A DNA stretch of 64,000 bases from an uncultured Pseudomonadota bacterium (GCA_947054505.1 CAMRWU010000009.1:2449-66448), one strand, 5' to 3'. Positions 36,873-48,116 are shown, numbered from the stretch's first letter. Notes: generated by a model from the letters alone, not told the origin. Program-made: numbers and translations.

Positions 36873-39476
36873 ATGGATTTTGAAAAGCTGACATCTAAAT
36901 CAAAAGAGGTAATACAAGATGCCGTAAAATTGGCGGCAACCCGTAAAAATCAATACATTACTCCGTTACATTTGTTAAAAGTTCTTCTTGACGGAAGCAA
37001 TGATGTGATTGCCAACCTGATTCTCAAATCAGGTGGTAGCCTGACGATGATACGCGAGAAGCTCGAGGCGGCGTTTGCAAAGTTGCCGGAAGTCGGCGGT
37101 GCGGCAGTGCAAAGCCTGATGTCGCAGGATTTTACTCAAGTGATGATGGAAGCGGAAAACTTGGCAGAAAAGTCCGGTGATAAGTTTGTTACGGTCGAAC
37201 GGATTTTGCAGGCTTTGGTAATGACTGCCGGCAATGAAGCGTATGATATTTTGAAAAGTGCCGGTGTTGAGGCGACAAAGCTTAATCAGATGATAAACGA
37301 ATATCGCAAGGGACGGATTGCCGACAGTGAAAGCGCGGAGGATAATTTTGAAGCGTTGAAAAAATTTACGATTGATGTGACGCAAAAGGCCAAGGAAGGA
37401 AAGCTGGATCCGGTTGTCGGTCGTGAGCATGAAATTCGCCGGACAATTCAGGTTTTATCCCGTCGCACTAAAAACAATCCGGTGTTGATTGGTGAACCGG
37501 GGGTGGGTAAAACCGCAATTGTTGAAGGATTGGCAATGCGGATTGTTAATGACGATGTGCCGGAAAGTTTGCGTCATAAACGCCTTTTATCATTGGATTT
37601 GGGTGCTTTGATTGCCGGCGCCAAGTTCCGCGGAGAGTTTGAAGAGCGTCTTAAATCGGTCTTAAAAGATGTTGAAGGAGCCGAGGGGAATATAATTTTA
37701 TTTATTGATGAAATGCATACTTTGGTTGGTGCCGGTGCAAGCGAAGGGTCTATGGATGCCTCTAACCTGTTAAAACCGGCATTGGCTCGAGGCGAACTGC
37801 ATTGTTTGGGAGCCACGACATTAAATGAATATAAAAAATATGTTGAAAAAGATGCCGCTTTGGCCAGACGTTTTCAGGCAGTTTATGTTGATGAACCGTC
37901 GGTGGAAGAGACGATTTCTATCCTGCGCGGAATCAAGGAAAAGTTTGAGTTGCACCATGGTGTGCGTATTTCTGACGGTGCATTGATTGCCGCCGCCACG
38001 CTGTCCAATCGCTATATCAGTGATCGTTTTTTGCCGGATAAGGCGATTGACTTGATGGATGAGGCCGCCAGCTCTTTGCGGATGTCTATCGATTCCAAAC
38101 CGGAAGAACTCGATGAACTTGATCGGCGGATTTTGCAGTTAAAGATTGAGCGCGAGGCCTTGAAGAAAGAAACGGATGACAAATCCAAAGAGCGCTTGGA
38201 ACTCATCGGATATGAAATCTCCGGACTGGAAGCAAAATCAAAAACGCTTGATGAAAAGTGGCAGGAAGACAAACAGGGGCTGGCCGACTTAACTGGATTG
38301 AAAGAACAACTTGACCGCGCCCGAATAGAAGTTGAAATCGCTAAGCGTGAGGGATATTTTGAGAGTGCCGGAGAGCTGCAATACAGCATTATTCCCGAAT
38401 TGGAAAACAAAATTAAATCTGCGGAAGAAAAAGCTTCCGCGCACAAGGATAGTATTGAAGCGACCGTAACGGCGGAAAGTATTGCCGGTGTTGTTTCCAA
38501 GTGGACAGGGATTCCCGTTGATCGCATGCTTGAAGGGGAAAAAGAAAAACTACTTCGTATGGAAGAGCTTTTAGGGCGTCGCGTTATCGGACAAAAAGAG
38601 GCTGTTACCGCGGTGTCCAATGCTGTCCGTCGTTCGCGTGCCGGTATTAGTGATGCCCGCCAGCCGATTGGTTCATTCCTGTTTCTGGGGCCGACCGGTG
38701 TAGGAAAAACCGAGCTTAGTAAAGCATTGGCCGAATTTTTGTTCAATGATGAAAGTGCGTTATTGCGAGTTGATATGTCCGAATATATGGAGAAACACGC
38801 TGTCGCCCGCTTAATAGGTTCTCCTCCGGGATATGTCGGTCATGAAGAGGGAGGATTCTTAACCGAAGCTGTTCGTCGTCGTCCTTATCAGGTGATTTTG
38901 TTTGACGAAGTGGAGAAGGCTCATCCCGATGTCTTTAACATCTTGTTGCAGGTTTTGGATGAAGGACGCCTGACCGATGGCAAAGGTCGAACCGTAGATT
39001 TTAAAAATACCATTATTATCATGACCTCCAACCTTGGATCGGATATTTTGGTAAATGCAACAGGCGCTGATGACGCTAAAAAAGTTTATGCCCGCATTAT
39101 GGATATTGTCAAAGCATCGTTCCGTCCCGAGTTTATTAACCGAATTGACGAGATAACGATTTTCCATAAGCTTGATAAGAGCAATATTAAGGAAATTGCA
39201 CAGATACAAATTGAGCAAATTGAAAAGAGATTGCGTGACAGAAATATTCGCCTTCATGTTAATGAAGCGGCATTTATCTGGATTGTGAACAATGGCTATG
39301 ATGCAATTTATGGTGCAAGGCCTCTAAAAAGATTGCTAAAAAATCAAATTGAGAATAAATTGGCCGTAAAGATTCTTGATGGCGAAATCGGTGATAACGA
39401 CACGGCAGATATTATCGTCGTCAACGGAAATCTGGATATTGTCAGAAGCAAGAGGAATAAAAAAGAAAATGGATGA
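36873..39476 (+). CDS. clpB: ATP-dependent chaperone ClpB
   Basis: Two AAA modules ([16 protein letters not shown]), coiled-coil M domain, GYVG pore loop, GARPLKR. Confidence 0.98.
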   Translation: MDFEKLTSKSKEVIQDAVKLAATRKNQYITPLHLLKVLLDGSNDVIANLILKSGGSLTMIREKLEAAFAKLPEVGGAAVQSLMSQDFTQVMMEAENLAEKSGDKFVTVERILQALVMTAGNEAYDILKSAGVEATKLNQMINEYRKGRIADSESAEDNFEALKKFTIDVTQKAKEGKLDPVVGREHEIRRTIQVLSRRTKNNPVLIGEPGVGKTAIVEGLAMRIVNDDVPESLRHKRLLSLDLGALIAGAKFRGEFEERLKSVLKDVEGAEGNIILFIDEMHTLVGAGASEGSMDASNLLKPALARGELHCLGATTLNEYKKYVEKDAALARRFQAVYVDEPSVEETISILRGIKEKFELHHGVRISDGALIAAATLSNRYISDRFLPDKAIDLMDEAASSLRMSIDSKPEELDELDRRILQLKIEREALKKETDDKSKERLELIGYEISGLEAKSKTLDEKWQEDKQGLADLTGLKEQLDRARIEVEIAKREGYFESAGELQYSIIPELENKIKSAEEKASAHKDSIEATVTAESIAGVVSKWTGIPVDRMLEGEKEKLLRMEELLGRRVIGQKEAVTAVSNAVRRSRAGISDARQPIGSFLFLGPTGVGKTELSKALAEFLFNDESALLRVDMSEYMEKHAVARLIGSPPGYVGHEEGGFLTEAVRRRPYQVILFDEVEKAHPDVFNILLQVLDEGRLTDGKGRTVDFKNTIIIMTSNLGSDILVNATGADDAKKVYARIMDIVKASFRPEFINRIDEITIFHKLDKSNIKEIAQIQIEQIEKRLRDRNIRLHVNEAAFIWIVNNGYDAIYGARPLKRLLKNQIENKLAVKILDGEIGDNDTADIIVVNGNLDIVRSKRNKKENG

Positions 39477-39906
39477 TTTTTACGATGAAGCGCTAACGGT
39501 GGCAAAAACATTTAATGTCGAAACAAAACCTGATCGCTTGGTCATATACAGTGTCAGTTACCAGCCAACCAAAAGAAATAAACAGTTGGCATTGGAGTTT
39601 ATTCAAAAAAATCCGGACTATCAAATGTTGGATTTGACGCCTTGTGGTGTCAAAATGATTGATATGGGACTTGACTCCGAGCATCCGCGGCTTAATCCCG
39701 AGGAAGTGAATTTTCTGTGGAGAACGGCTTCCCGTCGTTTTATCGAAAGCGCTTCCGGTAATGTTACTGCTTTTGTGGACAATGCAGATGAGCGGAGTGT
39801 TTTCTTAGGGATGGAACTGCCGACGCTTTTGGCTAATGAAAAGATAACAACCGTCAACGGCATGGATAAGCATGCTTTTGCTCAGCAGTTTGATCGCCGT
39901 TTTTAA
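39469..39906 (+). CDS. Putative ADP-ribosyl cyclase / NAD+ glycohydrolase (CD38-like ARC fold), 145 aa
   Basis: LVIYS...KQLALEFIQ...QMLDLTPCG...[17 protein letters not shown]...[11 protein letters not shown] aligns by eye to the CD38 catalytic motifs; overlaps the clpB stop by 8 nt. Confidence 0.65.
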   Translation: MDDFYDEALTVAKTFNVETKPDRLVIYSVSYQPTKRNKQLALEFIQKNPDYQMLDLTPCGVKMIDMGLDSEHPRLNPEEVNFLWRTASRRFIESASGNVTAFVDNADERSVFLGMELPTLLANEKITTVNGMDKHAFAQQFDRRF

Positions 39907-40967
39907 GCGTCAAAGTTAATCCGTGGATCAATCAACGTATAAGTAATATCGGACAATAGTTTAAGAACCAGCCCCAATAAGGCAAAAATATACATTGTTC
40001 CGAAAATGACGGGGTAGTCTCTGGTCATAATTGCTTCGTATCCCAAAAGCCCGATTCCGTTGAGCGAGAAAATGACCTCAATCAACAGAGAGCCGGTAAA
40101 CAGCATCTTGATTAGCAGAGACGGAAAACCGGCAATGACAATGAGCATCGCGTTTCGGAAAACATGTTTATATAAAACCTGATTTTCATTCAATCCTTTT
40201 GCGCGAGCTGTCAAAACATATGGTTTGTTGATTTCATCAAGAAAAGAATTTTTTGTCAGCATGGTCAGGCTGGCAAATCCGCCAATGGTAATTGCGATGA
40301 CCGGTAAGGTAATGTGATGAAAATAGTCCAGAATTTTTCCCCACCAAGGAAGCGTGTCCCAATTGTCAGATGTCAGTCCGTGTAACGGAAACCATTGAAA
40401 ATATGTTCCGCCGGCAAAAAAGACAATTAGAAAAACAGCGAACAAAAAGACGGGAATAGCTGAGCCGAAAATAACGGCAAAAGAGGTTGCGACATCAAAA
40501 GTAGAGCCGTCACGCACCGCTTTTTTGATGCCAAGCGGAATAGCTACCAGATAAATAATCAGTGTGGACCATAGCCCAAGCGAGATTGAAACCGGCATTC
40601 GTTCTTGAATCAATTGCCAGACGTTTTTGTCTTGATAGAAGCTTTTCCCGAAGTCAAATTTGGCGTAATCAGCAAGCATTTTGAAAAAACGGACGTGAGC
40701 AGGTTTGTCAAAACCGAATTGTTTTTCAAGTTCTTTTATCATATCTTCAGGAACACCGCGTGCCCCTTGATATTGGGGATTGGCGTTGTTCATGGCCGCA
40801 GATCCTGAAAATTGTCCTTTGTTGTCGACATTCATTCCCTGATATTTTGCCAACGTGTGTTCAATAGGCCCCCCCGGAGCAAATTGAATAATCACAAAAT
40901 TAACAGTCATAATGCCAATGAGTGTCAGTGGAATAAGCAATAGTCGTTTAAAAAGATAATTTCTCAT
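39903..40967 (-). CDS. yejB: Peptide/microcin C ABC transporter permease
   Basis: [53 protein letters not shown]. Confidence 0.93.
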   Translation of the reverse strand: MRNYLFKRLLLIPLTLIGIMTVNFVIIQFAPGGPIEHTLAKYQGMNVDNKGQFSGSAAMNNANPQYQGARGVPEDMIKELEKQFGFDKPAHVRFFKMLADYAKFDFGKSFYQDKNVWQLIQERMPVSISLGLWSTLIIYLVAIPLGIKKAVRDGSTFDVATSFAVIFGSAIPVFLFAVFLIVFFAGGTYFQWFPLHGLTSDNWDTLPWWGKILDYFHHITLPVIAITIGGFASLTMLTKNSFLDEINKPYVLTARAKGLNENQVLYKHVFRNAMLIVIAGFPSLLIKMLFTGSLLIEVIFSLNGIGLLGYEAIMTRDYPVIFGTMYIFALLGLVLKLLSDITYTLIDPRINFDA

Positions 40968-42757
40968 TGTTCGCTCCACCATGTAAAGACATCAAAACCG
41001 GCTTTTACATCAGTTTGGGGATGTTTTAATCTGTTCCAATAGGCGACGCGTTTATAAGGCGCATACCACTGGGGAATGATATAATGCTCGTTCAGCAAAA
41101 CTCTGTCCAGAGCTTTCACCGCTGCTTCATAATCTTCTCGTTGCTCCACGGCAACCAAAAGTCTCGTCAGGTCGTCTACAACCGGATTTTTTACACCAAC
41201 GAGGTTCATACTTCCGGATATATCTGCGGCTTGTGAACCCCACATGTCTTTTTGTTCGTTCCCGGGGAGATTGCTGACGCCAAGGGCTAAAATCGCCATT
41301 TCAAAGTCAAATGTATCCAACCGGTTTTTGAATATATTAGGTTCCAGATTGCGAAAAGTTGCTTTGATGCCGATTTTGCGGAGATTTTCAATAAACGGAA
41401 GCATTACACGGGTAAAAGACGAACCGTTGGCAGAGTTGCCCAAGATTTCAAAATTTAATGGTTCTCCGGTCTTTAGATTCGTCATAATGCCGTCTTTAAA
41501 ATCATATCCTGCTTCATTTAACAAGCGAACCGCGGTTTTCAGATTTTCTCTGGTTTCCATTGGTGTTTTATGAGACGGCAGGCTTGGAGTTTGTTCAAAT
41601 ACGGAGGACGGTAAAACGGATTGATATTGCTTGAGAATATCTTTTTCTTTTCCTTGCGGCAGTCCCGTTGCCTCCATCCCTGTATTGGTAAAATAGCTGA
41701 AAAGGCGTTGATATTGCTGATAAAAAAGTTTGTCATTAGCCCAGTCAAAATTAAATGCCAAACCGATAGCTTGCCGAACGCGGCGATCGCTAAACTTATC
41801 AAGACGAGTATTAAAGCCAAAAAACTGTAAATTTGCCGCCTGATTATGTTTCAGATTTTCCTGTTTGATTTTACCTGATTTAACAATGTCGTTATCATAG
41901 CCACTAACCCAGATTTTAGCTATGTATTCTTCTCTGATATCCAAATTTCCGGCAAAGAGAGCCTGCAAGGTAACGGTTGTATCCTGATAATAGTCGTAGC
42001 GAACTTCGTCAAAGTTAAAGAAACCTTTGCGAGAAGGAAGGTCTTTTGCCCAGTAATCAGGATTGCGTTTAAAAACAAGGTATTTGCTGGGGGCATATTT
42101 ATCAAGGATATACGGTCCGCTTCCCAATGGAATACGGAGTTCCGGTTTGCTGAAATCGTGTCCGTCCCAATCTTTTTTTGAGTAAATTTTCAACTGAGAT
42201 AATATTAATGGCAATTCTCTGTTGCTGGTTTCTGTTTTAATGTGGAAACGTACATGGGTGTCGTTGACTTTTTCAACTCGTTCGATGTCGCTGTAATAGG
42301 CTTTGTAAAAAGGAGCTCCGTTTTCAATTAAGGACGTGTAGCTGAAAATGACATCATCGGCAGTCACCGGTGTTCCGTCACTGAACTGGGCTTTGGGGTT
42401 TAAGATAAAACCGATAAAAGAATTGTCGTCCGGAATTTCAAAATATTCCGCCAATAAAGGATAAACGGTGGTGTGATCATCAACAGGGGTAACACCCAGT
42501 GTATCCAAGCTAAGCAAGGCGTGTTCCGGTGTTGCAATGCCTTTGAAGATAAACGGATTAAAGTTGTCAAAACCACCGTAGGCCGGCATAACAATTCGTC
42601 CGCCTTTAGGAGCTTCCGGATTAACATAATTAAAGTGAGAAAAGCTGTCTTGATAATTACCTTCCTCATAAAGAGGAAGAGAGGATAACACTTTTACCTC
42701 GGTTGCCTGAACCGAGGTAAAAAAGCAAAAAACAAAGAATAACACAAATTTAAACAC
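40964..42757 (-). CDS. yejA: Peptide ABC transporter substrate-binding protein
   Basis: [45 protein letters not shown] end; GTG start after a GAGG SD. Confidence 0.9.
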   Translation of the reverse strand: MFKFVLFFVFCFFTSVQATEVKVLSSLPLYEEGNYQDSFSHFNYVNPEAPKGGRIVMPAYGGFDNFNPFIFKGIATPEHALLSLDTLGVTPVDDHTTVYPLLAEYFEIPDDNSFIGFILNPKAQFSDGTPVTADDVIFSYTSLIENGAPFYKAYYSDIERVEKVNDTHVRFHIKTETSNRELPLILSQLKIYSKKDWDGHDFSKPELRIPLGSGPYILDKYAPSKYLVFKRNPDYWAKDLPSRKGFFNFDEVRYDYYQDTTVTLQALFAGNLDIREEYIAKIWVSGYDNDIVKSGKIKQENLKHNQAANLQFFGFNTRLDKFSDRRVRQAIGLAFNFDWANDKLFYQQYQRLFSYFTNTGMEATGLPQGKEKDILKQYQSVLPSSVFEQTPSLPSHKTPMETRENLKTAVRLLNEAGYDFKDGIMTNLKTGEPLNFEILGNSANGSSFTRVMLPFIENLRKIGIKATFRNLEPNIFKNRLDTFDFEMAILALGVSNLPGNEQKDMWGSQAADISGSMNLVGVKNPVVDDLTRLLVAVEQREDYEAAVKALDRVLLNEHYIIPQWYAPYKRVAYWNRLKHPQTDVKAGFDVFTWWSEQ

Positions 42758-42768
42758 GATACCTCGGA

Positions 42769-43956
42769 TTATTTGTTGTAGTTTTGCTCGTCGGTCCAAC
42801 CGCCAAAAGGATATGAGAAGTCGTCGCTGTCTTCAACTTGTTGCGGTGTCGGCTCTGAAATCTGAGGTGACATGTTTTCCCATTCTTTTTTCAGACTGTC
42901 GAGTTGTTGCTGAGTTTGCAATGTATGAAAAGGAGCTTGTTCTTCCTCCGGTATTTCGATTTCAAATTGTGGTTCTTCAAAAGTTGGTTGTTGCTGAGGC
43001 TGTTCTTCCGGAACAGCGTCTTTTCCAAAACTTCTTTCCAGAGCTTGTGAAAAAGGGTCTTTCTCAGCTTCCTGAGGTAATGTTTCTTCCTTTTTCTTAA
43101 AAAAAGGTACCTTTTCCAAAAATTTATTTTTAACGGCGTTTTCTTCTTTCTCTGCCTCTTCTTTTATCGGAGCCGAAAACACGCGGGGTGTTTCTTCTCG
43201 GCGTGGTGCTTGAAATGTTTGAATGCGAGATGAAAACGCGGTTGAGTTTTCTCTGCTTTTCCTGATTTCATCGGAAATCGGAGCAAAAATTGAGAAAGTT
43301 TTTCCCATCACGCCGGTTTCGATTATGTTCAGGAAAACTTTGTCATGATCATGTTTTTCCAACAGGTTGATAACCGCTTGATATCTGGCGCAAAACTCCA
43401 TGATTGTCCCGCCCAGCATCAAGTCGCGGTTGGCTTTTTCATAGATTCTCATTTGAAAGTTCGGTTGCGCGTTGTTAACTTCAATAACAACTTTTCCAAA
43501 AGCCCATTTGCTGCCGTTGCGAACCTTATTCCATAACCGTTCAATCTGTTCAGCCGAAGCAATTTTGCACTCCTGAATGATTTCCGCTAACAATTCGTTC
43601 ATATCAGCAATCAATAGATCAAAACGGTTGAGCATAAAGCCATCTTTAACCTGTTGTTCTGTTTCAATCATAATTCTGGCCAACAGGTCGGAATAATCCT
43701 GATTCTTTTTCATCTGATTAAACAGCTTAAACAACATCGTGTCTGTCTTGCGGTTTTGCAGGTGTTGGCTGACATAGCTGAAGACCAGCCACGCCAAAAA
43801 GATTGGTAGGCAGATGATTGCCAAATAAGAGCAAATATCTGAAATATTCGCATTCCAAAAAGACGCGTTGCCTAGGTTATCCGCAACAAGGCGAATAGAC
43901 ATAATGAGCCAAATCAAAGATGAAAAAATTAATGCAAAAAAAGAAATTGCCAACAA
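42769..43956 (-). CDS. Membrane protein, possible compact GPR/RgsE-like polar protein
   Basis: Two N-terminal TM helices, helical domain, acidic P/Q/E-rich tail; TTG start after AAGGA. Confidence 0.7.
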   Translation of the reverse strand: MLAISFFALIFSSLIWLIMSIRLVADNLGNASFWNANISDICSYLAIICLPIFLAWLVFSYVSQHLQNRKTDTMLFKLFNQMKKNQDYSDLLARIMIETEQQVKDGFMLNRFDLLIADMNELLAEIIQECKIASAEQIERLWNKVRNGSKWAFGKVVIEVNNAQPNFQMRIYEKANRDLMLGGTIMEFCARYQAVINLLEKHDHDKVFLNIIETGVMGKTFSIFAPISDEIRKSRENSTAFSSRIQTFQAPRREETPRVFSAPIKEEAEKEENAVKNKFLEKVPFFKKKEETLPQEAEKDPFSQALERSFGKDAVPEEQPQQQPTFEEPQFEIEIPEEEQAPFHTLQTQQQLDSLKKEWENMSPQISEPTPQQVEDSDDFSYPFGGWTDEQNYNK

Positions 43957-44125
43957 TGTATGCCATCCTTATGTTTGTTTAAACTAACCGTATCTTATAA
44001 AACATTAGTATCATTTCCAACTAAAAATGCCACTTCTTGCACAAAAACTAAAATAAAGAGTCGAATTTTCAAAAAAAATATGTTATGAATAACTCAAAAA
44101 TGTGAAATAATATAAAGAGAAAGAA

Positions 44126-45103
44126 ATGAATACCAATTCTAACACCCTTGTTTTAGATTTTGAAAAAAATATTTTTGAGCTGGAGTCCAAGATTGAGAGC
44201 TTGAAAATGCTTGCTCAGGATGAAGATGTCGATATTTCTCAGGAAGTCGGTCGTTTGCAACAAAAGTTGGAAAAACAAATGAAAACAGCATATTCCAACC
44301 TGACCCCGTGGCAAAAATCTCAGGTCGCTCGCCATCCGCAACGCCCTCATTGCTTGGATTATGTTCATGCTTTGATTGAAGATTTTACCCCCTTGTGCGG
44401 TGATCGTTTGTTTGCTGATGATGAGGCGATGATTGGTGGTATCGGTCGCTTTAAAGGGATTTCTGTCGTTGTTTTGGGGCAGGAAAAAGGGCATGATATT
44501 GAATCTCGTGTTCGTTACAATTTCGGAATGGCAAAACCCGAGGGATATCGTAAAGCCCAACGCCTGATGGACTTGGCCAACAAGTTTAATATGCCGGTTA
44601 TTGCTTTTGTTGACACATCCGGAGCGTTTCCGGGGGTGGAGGCTGAAGCTCGCGGGCAGGCCGAAGCCATTGCGTCTTCTATTGAAAAATGTTTGCAGAT
44701 TAAAGCGCCGATTGTTTCGGTCGTCATTGGTGAAGGCGGCTCCGGAGGGGCAATTGCGATTGCAACCGCCAACAGGGTTTTGATGTTGGAACACTCCATC
44801 TATTCCGTTATTTCTCCGGAAGGTTGTGCATCTATCTTGTGGCGTTCTGCAGATAAAGTTAAGGAAGCGACCGAAGCTCTGCGTTTGACAGCTCAGGATT
44901 TGCGTAATCTTGGTGTGATTGATGAAATCATCAGTGAGCCTTTGGGCGGAGCTCATCGTGCACCGCTTGCCGCTATTGAGCATGTCGGCGACAGTATTTT
45001 GAAGCACTTGAAAGAATTGCTTCCGATGAATGGTGATGATCTGAAAAAACGTCGGACTGAAAAGTTCCTGAGAATGGGGCGCCGTTTTGCAGATTCTAAA
45101 TAA
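44126..45103 (+). CDS. accA: Acetyl-CoA carboxylase carboxyltransferase alpha subunit
   Basis: LDFEK, ARHPQRP, NFGMAKPEGYRKA, GEGGSGGA, YSVISPEGCASILW. Confidence 0.98.
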   Translation: MNTNSNTLVLDFEKNIFELESKIESLKMLAQDEDVDISQEVGRLQQKLEKQMKTAYSNLTPWQKSQVARHPQRPHCLDYVHALIEDFTPLCGDRLFADDEAMIGGIGRFKGISVVVLGQEKGHDIESRVRYNFGMAKPEGYRKAQRLMDLANKFNMPVIAFVDTSGAFPGVEAEARGQAEAIASSIEKCLQIKAPIVSVVIGEGGSGGAIAIATANRVLMLEHSIYSVISPEGCASILWRSADKVKEATEALRLTAQDLRNLGVIDEIISEPLGGAHRAPLAAIEHVGDSILKHLKELLPMNGDDLKKRRTEKFLRMGRRFADSK

Positions 45104-46232
45104 CATAACAAAAGAACAGGCTGAGTTTATTTTGCTATCCGCAATAGGATTTCTTTGCTTAATAAATGTTGTCGTTTTGTTGATGCGTCGCGGCAAAAAA
45201 GACTTGCATTCTTTTAGTGATATCCTGTTGCGTGGGCAGGCTGAATTGGCCGGACGCCTATCGCAACTCGGTGAATATAATGCCGCGGAGCAAAATAAAA
45301 TAGCTCAGGCGATTCAGGAACAAAAACTTGCGGTTTTAAAAATTATGGATGAAAAGCTGTTGGCTGTGACCAAGAGTGTGGGAGAAGGGCTTCAGCAAAA
45401 TGCGGCAAAAACAAGCGAAACTCTAACGGATTTGCGTGAGCGTTTGACCAAAATTGATGTTGCTCAGCAAAAAATATCCTCCTTGTCAGAACAGGTCGTG
45501 TCTTTGCAAGAAGTTCTATCCAACAAACAAGCGCGCGGTGCTTTCGGTGAAATACAACTCAACGATTTGGTGACGTCAATTTTACCGCCCAGTGCCTATG
45601 CTTTTCAGGTCGTGTTGTCTAATACTAAAAGGGCAGATTGTGTTTTGACGCTTCCCAACCCTCCGGGGACAATAGTCATTGATGCCAAGTTTCCGCTGGA
45701 GAGTTATCAGGCTTTGCGTCAGGCATCCGGAGATCGCGAAAAGATTGAAGCGGAGCGTTTCTTTCGGGCTTCTGTCTTAAAACATATCAAAGATATTTCC
45801 GAAAAATATATTCTCGCCGGAGAAACAGCCGAGTCGGCATTGATGTTTCTTCCCAGTGAGGCGATTTATGCGGAGTTGCATGCCAATTTTACCGATGTAG
45901 TTGAGGCGTCTTATCGAGCCAAGGTATGGATTGTTTCTCCGACAACCTTAATGGCGACTCTCAATACAATCCGCGCCATTCTAAAAGATTCCAAAATGCG
46001 GGAGATGGCCGGTGTTATTCAAAAGGAAGTTGGTGTGTTGGTCGAAGATATCACTCGCCTTGACGGGCGAATTGACAGCCTGAGCCGCCACTTTAAGCAA
46101 GCAAACGAGGATGTTGAGGGAATAAAAATATCATCGGGAAAAATCGGCAAAAGAATTCAAAAAATCGAAAATATCGAATTGGGCGAAGCACCTGAGCATC
46201 AGGCTCTTCCTAAGCTAGCCAATGATGAGTAA
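45087..46232 (+). CDS. rmuC: DNA recombination protein RmuC
   Basis: N-terminal TM, coiled coil, NKQARGAFGE, IDAKFPLE, MFLPSEAIY, VSPTTL. Confidence 0.92.
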   Translation: MQILNNITKEQAEFILLSAIGFLCLINVVVLLMRRGKKDLHSFSDILLRGQAELAGRLSQLGEYNAAEQNKIAQAIQEQKLAVLKIMDEKLLAVTKSVGEGLQQNAAKTSETLTDLRERLTKIDVAQQKISSLSEQVVSLQEVLSNKQARGAFGEIQLNDLVTSILPPSAYAFQVVLSNTKRADCVLTLPNPPGTIVIDAKFPLESYQALRQASGDREKIEAERFFRASVLKHIKDISEKYILAGETAESALMFLPSEAIYAELHANFTDVVEASYRAKVWIVSPTTLMATLNTIRAILKDSKMREMAGVIQKEVGVLVEDITRLDGRIDSLSRHFKQANEDVEGIKISSGKIGKRIQKIENIELGEAPEHQALPKLANDE

Positions 46233-46342
46233 AATCTCTTTGGATAAGTGATGAATTAATTTTGGCTTTTTTTTGAATTGTAATATTGATAATTATAACA
46301 AAAAGAGATAACTTAATAAAAATAGAAAAAGAGGTAATAGAA

Positions 46343-46621
46343 GTGACAAAATCTGAATTAATTGAAAAAATTGCCAGCAAAAATCCGCATCTGATGTTAA
46401 AAGATGTTGAGAAAATTGTTGCTGTTGTTTTTGATAAAATTATTTCCACTTTAGCAAACGGTGACAGAGTTGAGTTCCGTGGTTTTGGTGCGTTTTCTGT
46501 TCGCACTCGCACACCGCGTGTGGCCAAAAACCCTCGTACCGGTGAACAGGTTCAGGTTGAAGAACGTAATATTCCTCATTTTAAGACTGGTAAACAGTTG
46601 TTTGAGTTGCTAAATAAATAA
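46343..46621 (+). CDS. ihfB: Integration host factor beta subunit
   Basis: (M)[32 protein letters not shown]; GTG start after GAGG. Confidence 0.93.
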   Translation: MTKSELIEKIASKNPHLMLKDVEKIVAVVFDKIISTLANGDRVEFRGFGAFSVRTRTPRVAKNPRTGEQVQVEERNIPHFKTGKQLFELLNK

Positions 46622-46651
46622 CAATTCATTTTGTTTTTAGGAGTGTCGCCC

Positions 46652-47074
46652 ATGGGTTTTGTAAAAATGCTTATAGGACTGCCGTTGTTAGTCGTTATTT
46701 TTGTTTTTGCTTTTGTAAATAACGATTTGGCAACCTTTAACCTATGGCCTTTTTATATTGAGATTACCGTTTCTCTCAGTGTGGCGATAGTTTTCTTCAT
46801 CTTTTTTGGCTTTCTTATCGGGGAGCTCTTTGCGTGGTTGTCTTATGCACCTGTCCGCAAAGCTTTGCGTAATCAAAAACGCCAAAATAAAAAATTAAAT
46901 AAAGAACAGCAGAAGCTGGTCAAAGAAATGGAAAATCTCCATGAAAATCTTGAAACCTTAAAAGAGCTCGAGGCGAAGAAACCCAAGTTGAGCTTTAAAG
47001 AACGCTTCAAAAATTTGTTTCGCAAAAAACAACCCGTTGCTGATGACAATATGTTTCATCCGGTTGCGAAATAA
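46652..47074 (+). CDS. lapA: LapA (DUF1049) family protein
   Basis: FAFVN...NLWP, two TM helices and a basic coiled coil; typical position after ihfB. Confidence 0.75.
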   Translation: MGFVKMLIGLPLLVVIFVFAFVNNDLATFNLWPFYIEITVSLSVAIVFFIFFGFLIGELFAWLSYAPVRKALRNQKRQNKKLNKEQQKLVKEMENLHENLETLKELEAKKPKLSFKERFKNLFRKKQPVADDNMFHPVAK

Positions 47075-47104
47075 CAGCTTACATTAAAAAGGATTATCTG
47101 TACT

Positions 47105-47986
47105 ATGAACTGGCTTTCTGACTTTGTCCGTCCAAAACTGAAAAAAATTACGACTAAGGAAATTGCTGACAATTTATGGGTTAAATGTCCCGAATGCGGC
47201 CAAATGCTTTTTAATAAAGAATTGGAAAAGAACAACTTCGTTTGTCCGGCTTGTGACCACCATTTGCGTATGCCTTTGGACAAGCGGTTCGATTTGTTGT
47301 TTGACAAAGGCGAATACAAAACGGTAACCCTGCCCAAACTGCAGGAAGACCCGCTGAATTTTAAGGATTCCAAAAAATATACCGACCGTTTGAAAAATTA
47401 CCGCAAGGTAACAGGCAATCAAGATGCCATTAAGGTTGCTCAGGGCGAAATCGGCGGGATTACCTGCGTTGTTGCCGCTATCGATTTCTCGTTTATGGGC
47501 GGTTCGATGGGAACGGCTGTCGGTGAAGGAATTGTCAAGGCCGGCGAAATCGCCATGCGTGGCAACTATCCGCTGATTACGATTGCTGCTTCCGGTGGTG
47601 CCCGCATGCAGGAGGGGATTTTGTCCTTAATGCAAATGGCTCGCACGTCTGCCGCCGTTAATATGGTCAAAGAAAAAGGATTGCCCTTTATCTCTGTTTT
47701 GACAGATCCGACAACCGGCGGTGTCTCAGCCTCTTTTGCTATGTTAGGGGATATTCATATCGCCGAACGCGGTTGTGTTATCGGTTTTGCCGGTGCTCGT
47801 GTTATTGAGCAAACCATCCGTGAAAAATTGCCGGAAGGATTCCAGCGAGCTGAGTATTTGAAAGAACACGGCATGGTCGATATCGTTGTCCGTCGTCAGG
47901 AGTTGAAAGACGAGCTGGTTAAGGTGCTAAGCATTTTATTGCACCGTAAACCGCAATTAAGCACATTATCTATTGAACAGAAATAG
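47105..47986 (+). CDS. accD: Acetyl-CoA carboxylase carboxyltransferase beta subunit
   Basis: LWVKCPEC...CPAC zinc finger, FMGGSMG, SGGARMQEG, DPTTGGVSASF. Confidence 0.98.
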   Translation: MNWLSDFVRPKLKKITTKEIADNLWVKCPECGQMLFNKELEKNNFVCPACDHHLRMPLDKRFDLLFDKGEYKTVTLPKLQEDPLNFKDSKKYTDRLKNYRKVTGNQDAIKVAQGEIGGITCVVAAIDFSFMGGSMGTAVGEGIVKAGEIAMRGNYPLITIAASGGARMQEGILSLMQMARTSAAVNMVKEKGLPFISVLTDPTTGGVSASFAMLGDIHIAERGCVIGFAGARVIEQTIREKLPEGFQRAEYLKEHGMVDIVVRRQELKDELVKVLSILLHRKPQLSTLSIEQK

Positions 47987-48076
47987 ATAATGCCATTTTA
48001 CCATGTCGCTCCGCAATAGTATTTGCTTTGGAGACCTTAGGTAGTTCTGAACCGGAATTTCCCAGCAATCTTCATT

Positions 48077-48113
48077 AAAAAAGCCCCCAACCTGAAAAAG
48101 GATTGGGGGCTTT
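48077..48113. terminator. Intrinsic terminator (best for thrS, minus strand)
   Basis: AAAAAAGCCCCCAA...TTGGGGGCTTT. Confidence 0.8.
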
Positions 48114-48116
48114 ACT

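Noticed and set aside
40869-40875. C7 homopolymer as a phase-variation site
   Set aside because: It encodes the conserved APGGP motif of YejB.
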